A stretch of 57,665 nucleotides of DNA from a virus. Taxonomy: Duplodnaviria; Caudoviricetes. The DNA lies in IMG/VR virus record IMGVR_UViG_3300042482_000462, positions 1 to 57,665 of that record. One strand, given 5' to 3'. The number at the start of each line of letters is the position of its first letter. Within the stretch, counting starts at the first letter, position 1. Both the position numbers and the translations under genes were made by a program. Below, in pieces: positions 51,830 to 57,665 of the stretch. A model generated the notes under the pieces. The model did no database searches. It saw only the letters and a list, made by a program, of their open reading frames with translations, and was not told where the DNA came from.

Positions 51830-52927
51830 ATGTACCGCAATTGGTCAGCCCGCATCCCTGCAGGCCCATCGCTTGGGCGCTACATCAGCGGCACCTGCAG
51901 GGTCGGCTGGTTGGGCGCTGACATTTTGTCGGCCACGGCATCAGGAGCTTTTGGCGCCGGCATATTCAACAACGATCAGATCGACCCGCTGAAGCGGTAC
52001 AGCGCAAGACTTGCGAGCAGTACGTTCCCTGCTGGCGCGTTTACTCTGAGAGAGCGCGGCGATGGAGAGTTCACCGCGAATGGGTTTGCCACCTTTGTGC
52101 TGTTTGAGAACGGCGCACAGTACGGCAACTCATCGTTCAGCGGCGTCATAGGTGGTCAAACACCGACATCTGCAATACCTGCGGTCGGATCGTCGCAAAC
52201 TGGGATGCTGATAGGGTCGGCCACCATTACCCCATTCATCAGGGCGACGCGCGCCCGTGTCGCGTCCGGGTTGTCTTCTGTGTCTGCCATTGGCGCGGCG
52301 TTGGGCGTTGCAGTGACGCCAAGGCCGCGCGTGTCGCTTGACCGCTGGCTTCCATTTGTCATGCCATACGTTACCGGCTGCCCAGAAGATGCCGCCATTC
52401 ACAACATCAGACAGTCGGCGATAGAGTTTCTTGATAAGACGGGCGTGTGGCAAGAAACACTGCCAGCAAAACTGACAATCTCTGGCGATTCGCTATACAC
52501 GCTTGATATTCCGGCCGCGTCGGCTCCAGTCAAGATTCTTGAATACAAGCTCGATGATGTGTATGGGAAAGTAAGTGATGGCAGCGCAGTGGCATCGGCT
52601 GTCGCATCTGCGAAATTGGTTGATCGAGAGACTGTCGAACTGACGCCAACCCCGCAAAAGACGGGGCAGCAAATGGTGTTTGTCGTCACGCTGAAGCTAA
52701 CGCAAGCAGCGACGGATGTCACGAACGAGGTTTTTGAGCACTACGCGCAAGACATCGCGGATGGGGCGGTTGCAAGGATCTTGAAAATCGCCGGGCAGTC
52801 ATGGACTAATCTGCCCGAAAGCAAGATACGCGAAGCTGCGTTCAATGCTGCCGTCGATAAAGCGCAGTGGCTCAGACAAAAGGGCTTTGGTCGGACGACG
52901 CAACGAGTCAAAGCCGTATGGTTCTGA
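51830..52927 (+). CDS. Virion protein; C-terminal adaptor-like domain (MPYVTGCPE..IRQSAIEF) with an N-terminal extension
   Basis: LPFVMPYVTGCPEDAAIHNIRQSAIEFLDKTGVW..IADGAVARILKIAGQSWTN. Confidence 0.75.
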   Translation: MYRNWSARIPAGPSLGRYISGTCRVGWLGADILSATASGAFGAGIFNNDQIDPLKRYSARLASSTFPAGAFTLRERGDGEFTANGFATFVLFENGAQYGNSSFSGVIGGQTPTSAIPAVGSSQTGMLIGSATITPFIRATRARVASGLSSVSAIGAALGVAVTPRPRVSLDRWLPFVMPYVTGCPEDAAIHNIRQSAIEFLDKTGVWQETLPAKLTISGDSLYTLDIPAASAPVKILEYKLDDVYGKVSDGSAVASAVASAKLVDRETVELTPTPQKTGQQMVFVVTLKLTQAATDVTNEVFEHYAQDIADGAVARILKIAGQSWTNLPESKIREAAFNAAVDKAQWLRQKGFGRTTQRVKAVWF

Positions 52928-52935
52928 AGACTGAC

Positions 52936-54696
52936 ATGCTCCGCTCCCCCCTTCGCCCCGCGCTCTCCCCCGCACTGCGGCACCCGCTTGAGCCTGGGGT
53001 TGGGGGTGCGCCTCTGTCGCTCACAGCGCAAACCCAGGCCATAGCCCAAATATCAGGCCGCGTTGCTGGGGTTTACGACACGCAAGACCTGACGACGATG
53101 TATTCGTCGCGCACCGGGTCTACGCTAATCGGCACGCCTGGGAACGGCACCGCGCAGTTTGTGGGGCGGTGGGAGGATATTTCCCAGGGGCGGGTGCTTG
53201 GGTCAGATCGCCTGTCGGGTGCCGGGTCTTTCCCATCCACGTCTGGGTGGGTTCCTGACAGCGGGTGCACGCTGTCTGCCTCAGGTGGTGTGCTGACTGT
53301 TACGACCACGGGAGACAACACTTTTGCAGTGCAGCGGACGGGTGTCTATGTCATTGGCGAATCGTTCCTGGTTGAGTTCACCTATTCTGCAAATGCCGCG
53401 ACAACGATTCGTTTGCGTGACTCTGGCACTACGTTCTGGTCAGAGACGGCGTCGCTGACGCCCAAATTCATTAGCGTCGTAGTCACACCCCTCAGTAGCA
53501 CGACCTTTGAATTTGGGGTGACGGGCGGCACGGTCACAGCATTCACCGTGTCGGGGCTGACCGTAAAAAAGAACCCCGGCCACCACGCCCTAGCCCCGAA
53601 CGACACCACCGGCCGGCCGCAGTTGTCGGCGCGGGTGAATCTGCTGACGTATTCTGAGGATTTGTCGAATGCGGCTTGGCCGAAGACTCGGCTAGCCACC
53701 GTGGTCAGTAATACTTTGATTGCCACGGCAGTTTCAGACACGCATTTTGCGCAACAAAGCACAATGGATACTGGCGTATCCTATAGCTGGTATGCTGAAG
53801 TCGAGGATGTGGGCGCGAGGTATTTTGCAATTGGTCAGGGCGTTACTCTCACTCGCTCGCTAATCGTTGACCTGCAAACTGGATTGGCAACCTATACCGG
53901 CGCAACAGTTACTGGCGTTTCTATCGTTGCACGAACTGGTGGTGGGTGGGTAATCCGCGCCAGCTATGCTGCAGCAGCGACGGCAGTGCTCACAATTGGC
54001 CCGTCTGCCAGTGGTTCGTGGACTGTTTTAGGCGATGGAGTCGCCGGGGTTCGCGTTCATCGAATTGACAGCCGCCCCACAAACATTCACGCAGCCGGTT
54101 CAATCCCCGCATACCAGCGCGTCGTTGATGCAGAAACCTACGACTCCGTAGGCTTCCCCTACCGCTTCATCCCCAACGGCACCGGGCAGGCTTTCCAGAC
54201 GAGCACGATTACTCCGGGGAGTGATACGGTTACGGTGGTTTCTGGGTTGCGGAAACTGAGTGATGCGTCAAGGCAAATTGTGCTGGAACACGGAAACTGG
54301 GGAACTCCGTTGTCCGGGTCGCTTACCCTAAATGCGCCGACCTCAGGCCCGGCACAATATGTATTCTCGTCTGGCGGCACCACTGCGGTTAACTCATCGA
54401 CTGCTGTGATTGCGGCGCCCGATACGGCGGTCATGACGCTACACGGTTCCATAAGCGCACCAAGCGCGAGCATAAATCGCAACAACGGCACTCCCGTTGT
54501 AGTGACTACAACGCAAGGCACCGGAAACTATCTTGCCTACTCGCTCAACATCTTCGGCCGCAGTGTTGCATCAGGCGGCTCACTCTGGTTTGGTGGCCAA
54601 GGTTTCCGTCAATTCGTCTGCTTCGGCCCGGCCCTAAGCGCTGGTGAAACCGCCACGGTTGAATCCTGGGTCAACGAATCCGCAAAGGCGTACTGA
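52936..54696 (+). CDS. Tail fibre/spike-like protein with beta-sandwich domains
   Basis: MLRSPLRPALSPAL start; VGRWEDIS, VNLLTYSEDLSNAAW, AYQRV; alternative start at 52918. Confidence 0.78.
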   Translation: MLRSPLRPALSPALRHPLEPGVGGAPLSLTAQTQAIAQISGRVAGVYDTQDLTTMYSSRTGSTLIGTPGNGTAQFVGRWEDISQGRVLGSDRLSGAGSFPSTSGWVPDSGCTLSASGGVLTVTTTGDNTFAVQRTGVYVIGESFLVEFTYSANAATTIRLRDSGTTFWSETASLTPKFISVVVTPLSSTTFEFGVTGGTVTAFTVSGLTVKKNPGHHALAPNDTTGRPQLSARVNLLTYSEDLSNAAWPKTRLATVVSNTLIATAVSDTHFAQQSTMDTGVSYSWYAEVEDVGARYFAIGQGVTLTRSLIVDLQTGLATYTGATVTGVSIVARTGGGWVIRASYAAAATAVLTIGPSASGSWTVLGDGVAGVRVHRIDSRPTNIHAAGSIPAYQRVVDAETYDSVGFPYRFIPNGTGQAFQTSTITPGSDTVTVVSGLRKLSDASRQIVLEHGNWGTPLSGSLTLNAPTSGPAQYVFSSGGTTAVNSSTAVIAAPDTAVMTLHGSISAPSASINRNNGTPVVVTTTQGTGNYLAYSLNIFGRSVASGGSLWFGGQGFRQFVCFGPALSAGETATVESWVNESAKAY

Positions 54697-54697
54697 C

Positions 54698-54955
54698 ATG
54701 CCAATCGTTACCCTTTATGTCGCCGCAGCAGATGCACAAGCCGCGCACGAATACGCGCAGATTCTGGCCGCAGAAAACGGCACTCCTGACGATGTGCTGG
54801 GATTCTTCCAGCGCGTCAAGTGCTACTCCGAAAACGCCTACGACGAAGACATCGAAAACGGCACAGAACGCGTCGTCGGCTACATCGAATCCGGCGACTG
54901 CCCGCAGTACCTGATTGATGGCTTTGATCTTGTCAGCTACGTGGAGACTTTGTAA
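54698..54955 (+). CDS. Small acidic hypothetical protein
   Basis: Starts 1 nt after the upstream stop. Confidence 0.65.
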   Translation: MPIVTLYVAAADAQAAHEYAQILAAENGTPDDVLGFFQRVKCYSENAYDEDIENGTERVVGYIESGDCPQYLIDGFDLVSYVETL

Positions 54956-55218
54956 TGCCAAGCGTCAAAGCCCCAAAAGAACCGAAGCCGCCGAAGCCGC
55001 CAAAGAATCCGCGTACCAAACCAATCGGCAAGCCTGAAAAGCCAAAGAAGCCGGCAAAGGACAAACCTGCCAAGGCCGAGCGGGTTGCAAAGGTGCGCGC
55101 GGCCAGCAAAGGCAAGTACAAGAACAACGCCGAGGTCCGCGCTGTCATTGCAAAGGTCGAAGCCACCAATGACCCGCTTGAAGACGTGCTTACAAACCTT
55201 GGCTTGAGGGTGGCATGA
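54955..55218 (+). CDS. Lys/Pro-rich basic protein
   Basis: TAATG overlap, GGAG SD; PKEPKPPKPPK..KPEKPKKPAKDKPAK. Confidence 0.65.
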   Translation: MPSVKAPKEPKPPKPPKNPRTKPIGKPEKPKKPAKDKPAKAERVAKVRAASKGKYKNNAEVRAVIAKVEATNDPLEDVLTNLGLRVA

Positions 55219-55499
55219 CCCCATCCGGCCCCATCCGCGTCAAGACCGGCGAGACGTTGCACGACGTGTGGGCGGTCGGTGACGGCGGGCCTACTTTTCT
55301 GCCAGACCCTGGCGCCACCGGCTGGACCGTTGACCGCTTTCATTTTGAGTCGCCCGCCCCGGCTGCGGGCGATCCACGCGAGGCATACCGCGCGGTCAGC
55401 ATCTACATCCGGGGCGGCAGCGGCACCATCCGCAACGGCCACTTTCGGGACACGGCCGCTGCGGTGCAAGCTGCGCGCGGTGCTTTCCGGGCACATTGA
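55215..55499 (+). CDS. Hypothetical protein, possibly a truncated beta-helix
   Basis: ATGA coupling, GAGG SD. Confidence 0.55.
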   Translation: MTPSGPIRVKTGETLHDVWAVGDGGPTFLPDPGATGWTVDRFHFESPAPAAGDPREAYRAVSIYIRGGSGTIRNGHFRDTAAAVQAARGAFRAH

Positions 55500-55600
55500 A
55501 TTCGCTGTCAACCCCCAAAGGTTTGTAGGGTAGCAAAGCACGACGCGCAAGGAAAATAGCGCGCGTGCGATATGAAATTTCAACGCACAAGGATCAACAC

Positions 55601-55690
55601 ATGACCGCCTTTCGACAATGGCTTGCAGACAAGCTCCAGCGCCTTGCAGAAATCCTGCGCGGCGGTGTGGGCGGCCCTGGCGAAGAATGA
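55601..55690 (+). CDS. Small peptide MTAFRQWLADKLQRLAEILRGGVGGPGEE
   Basis: AAGGA SD; 29 aa; stop overlaps the next ATG (ATGA). Confidence 0.65.
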   Translation: MTAFRQWLADKLQRLAEILRGGVGGPGEE

Positions 55691-56100
55691 ACGACCGTGC
55701 CGCCACCGCTGCAGGCGCTGCCTTGCTTTTGCTGGTGGTTGTGACGCACTTTCGCTATCACGACATAGCCGCATGGCTGTACCCGGAGCGTGCTGAGTAC
55801 GCATCCCGGGCGCTGTTCTACGTGCTGCGTGGCGTGTCTGGTGCGCTTGTCTTCGCTGCCCTGATGCTGTTTGCTCCCCCCGCAATCCTGCTACGCATCG
55901 CTTGCTCAGTCGGCATGTTTGCCGAGGGCGCGACTGCTTTTTGCCGGGCTTCGTATCCGCTGGATCAGCCGATTCCAGCCGGTGCAAACGCTGGTGGTTT
56001 GTGTGACGCGGCTACGCGCGAGCCGGTCACTGCAATGCTTGCGGGTGGGGTAGCGGTATCGCTGCTGTGGCTGGGGCGACAAAAGAAGGGCGCGCGATGA
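55687..56100 (+). CDS. Multi-pass membrane protein
   Basis: About four hydrophobic helices; loop FCRASYP...GGLCD. Confidence 0.75.
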   Translation: MNDRAATAAGAALLLLVVVTHFRYHDIAAWLYPERAEYASRALFYVLRGVSGALVFAALMLFAPPAILLRIACSVGMFAEGATAFCRASYPLDQPIPAGANAGGLCDAATREPVTAMLAGGVAVSLLWLGRQKKGAR

Positions 56101-56456
56101 TCGAAGAATCCGGTACCAAGTTGCTGGCCACTGCTGTGCTCGCAGGCATTGCCGTGGCGCTGGACACCTACGGCTGGACAGTCGCCTGTGCGACTGCTGG
56201 GGCCTATTGGGCTGTCAGCGGAATGGAAACCAAGACCAAGGGCCATGCCGCCGCCTGCATGTTGCGCTGGGTGCTTGTGTCCGTGATCTTCAGTGAGCTT
56301 GTGGTCGCCCTGTCGGCGCAGCACATGGGCGTGAAGGCCGAACTGATGCAGGGGCCTATCGCTTTCCTGCTCGCATTTTGGGGCGACCGCTGGCGCGATG
56401 TCCCGGGTCTTTTGTCACGCGCCGTTGAGCGCATATTCCCCAGGAAGCAGCCATGA
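56097..56456 (+). CDS. Putative holin
   Basis: Three to four TM segments; position upstream of the lysin. Confidence 0.65.
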   Translation: MIEESGTKLLATAVLAGIAVALDTYGWTVACATAGAYWAVSGMETKTKGHAAACMLRWVLVSVIFSELVVALSAQHMGVKAELMQGPIAFLLAFWGDRWRDVPGLLSRAVERIFPRKQP

Positions 56457-56755
56457 GTGATGTAGAGCTGTTGCGCGTGTGGCTGTACGCAATCGGGTGC
56501 GTCGTCATCGCCGTGACGATGTTTTGCAGGGCGGTGCACATGGATCGTCACCGGGCGGTGCTGCCGATCCGAATCGCGGTGACGTGCGGCGGCAGCGCTG
56601 CGGTGTGGTGCTTGTACAGCCTGACGGACGGCCATGTGCCAAGTTGGCCGGACCTTGCGATGGTGGCGGCTTGGGGCGTTATGCTGGTGACGACTTCACG
56701 CCTGTGGGAATACGGCCTGCCAAACGAGTTTGAGCAGTCGGTTCAGTTTGATTAG
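56453..56755 (+). CDS. Putative holin or antiholin
   Basis: Three TM segments, FCRAVHM; directly before the lysin. Confidence 0.65.
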   Translation: MSDVELLRVWLYAIGCVVIAVTMFCRAVHMDRHRAVLPIRIAVTCGGSAAVWCLYSLTDGHVPSWPDLAMVAAWGVMLVTTSRLWEYGLPNEFEQSVQFD

Positions 56756-56763
56756 GTGAAACC

Positions 56764-57665
56764 GTGACAACCCGCGAACAGGGCATTGCAGCCATCAAGG
56801 CCCACGAAGGGCTGCGGCTGCAGGCGTACCCTGACCCTGGCAGCGGCGGTGAGCCTTGGACCATCGGGTGGGGTCGAGCGCACGGCGTCAAGCGTGGCGA
56901 CATCGTTACGATTGAGCAAGCCGAGCAGTTCCTGGCCGAAGACATCGAGACAGCGCAGGCCGGCATCCGTGAACTAGTCAAGGTGCCGCTGACGGATGGC
57001 CAGCTATGGGCGCTGACCAGCTTTGTCTTCAACCTCGGGGCGGGCGCTCTGCGCAAATCCACGCTGCTGAAGCGGCTCAACGCTGGCGACTATGCCGGTG
57101 CTGCTGGGCAGTTCGGGCTGTGGGTCAACGCAGCCGGTAAGCCAATGCCGGGCCTGGTGCGCAGGCGCGCGGAAGAAAAGGCCATGTTTCTTTCTGGCGG
57201 TTCTTTGAACACGTCGCCGGAACCTGTACAGAAAACGCCCGAAACCGAACACGTCAAGGAGGCCCACGTGGCACTACCCGCAATCCTCGCAGCGCTGCTG
57301 CCGTCGCTGATCCAGGTGGTCCCAAAGCTGGGCAAGATGTTCGGCAGCGGATCTGATGTGTCAGAGCGCAACGTCGCCGCCGTGACCATGGCAATGGATG
57401 TCGCCAAAGAGGCGTTGGGCGCCAAGAGCGCGCAAGAGGCCATCGAGACGGCGCTGGCTGATCCTGAGGCCGCGCAGCAAGTGCGCCAGGCCGTCGAGTC
57501 GCGTTGGCTGGAATTGTCGGAAGCCGGCGGTGACGGCATCGCCGGGGCGCGCAAAGCCGATGCCGAGGCGCGAGCGTCCGCTGAAAGCGTATGGAAAAGC
57601 CCGAGTTTCTGGTTTCTGGTGTTCGCCATGCCGCTGGTCTACATGATCGTTGGCAGTGTCGTTGG
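56764..57665 (+). CDS. GH24 lysozyme endolysin fused to a C-terminal holin-like membrane domain (3' partial)
   Basis: Hand translation from GTG 56764: IKAHEGLRLQAYPDPGSGGEPWTIGWG (E-D-T triad), ALTSFVFNLG, GLVRRRAEE; frame open to the window end, so absent from the ORF track. Confidence 0.92.
   Translation, partial: MTTREQGIAAIKAHEGLRLQAYPDPGSGGEPWTIGWGRAHGVKRGDIVTIEQAEQFLAEDIETAQAGIRELVKVPLTDGQLWALTSFVFNLGAGALRKSTLLKRLNAGDYAGAAGQFGLWVNAAGKPMPGLVRRRAEEKAMFLSGGSLNTSPEPVQKTPETEHVKEAHVALPAILAALLPSLIQVVPKLGKMFGSGSDVSERNVAAVTMAMDVAKEALGAKSAQEAIETALADPEAAQQVRQAVESRWLELSEAGGDGIAGARKADAEARASAESVWKSPSFWFLVFAMPLVYMIVGSVV

Larger units (their letters stand above)
1..57665. mobile_element. Tailed bacteriophage or prophage genome fragment, podovirus-type (Bcep22/P22-like architecture)
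   Basis: Contiguous phage gene set (ERF, helicase, primase, NinB, terminase, portal, MCP, ejection proteins, tail proteins, holins, lysozyme); no host housekeeping genes; no tape measure or tail tube gene seen. Confidence 0.97.

Noticed and set aside
1-57665. CRISPR array, rRNA/tRNA, integrase/att sites, terminal repeats, DGR reverse transcriptase
   Set aside because: No regularly spaced repeats, RT motifs, recombinase motifs or end repeats seen by eye; both window ends cut through genes, so such elements may lie outside

Overview
The whole window is one tailed-phage genome fragment (GC-rich, podovirus-type head module with P22-like terminase and portal and an N4-gp56-like major capsid protein; overall layout reminiscent of Bcep22-like Burkholderiales phages, host assignment is inference). 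It starts inside an early gene and ends inside the endolysin. Order: leftward early/recombination arm (Gp157, ERF, small ORFs; 1-3576), divergent promoters and a long structured non-coding leader (3612-4075), rightward early/replication arm (LuxR-HTH, SF2 helicase, TOPRIM primase, second structured non-coding region, NinB, reversed three-gene cassette, RusA-like, DUF1364), packaging/head genes (terminase large subunit split in two ORFs, portal, scaffold, CsrA-like, MCP), tail and ejection genes, a 5005-aa DarB-like polyvalent virion protein, a second tail/receptor cluster with Ig-like and polysaccharide-lyase-like domains, and a lysis region. No integrase, cI-type repressor, tRNA or CRISPR array is visible. 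Most striking: a complete zinc-finger HNH endonuclease gene with its own sigma70-like promoter sits antisense inside the giant ORF, keeps the host frame open, and fills exactly one module between two FSR junction motifs. A second SD-led gene is nested in the +1 frame of the same ORF. Also notable: an endolysin-membrane protein fusion with an internal in-frame SD/start, a small peptide coupled to a membrane protein ahead of the lysis genes, and a repeated GTGAGTTGAC motif before late gene blocks. All family calls come from motif recognition by eye; no database search was run.
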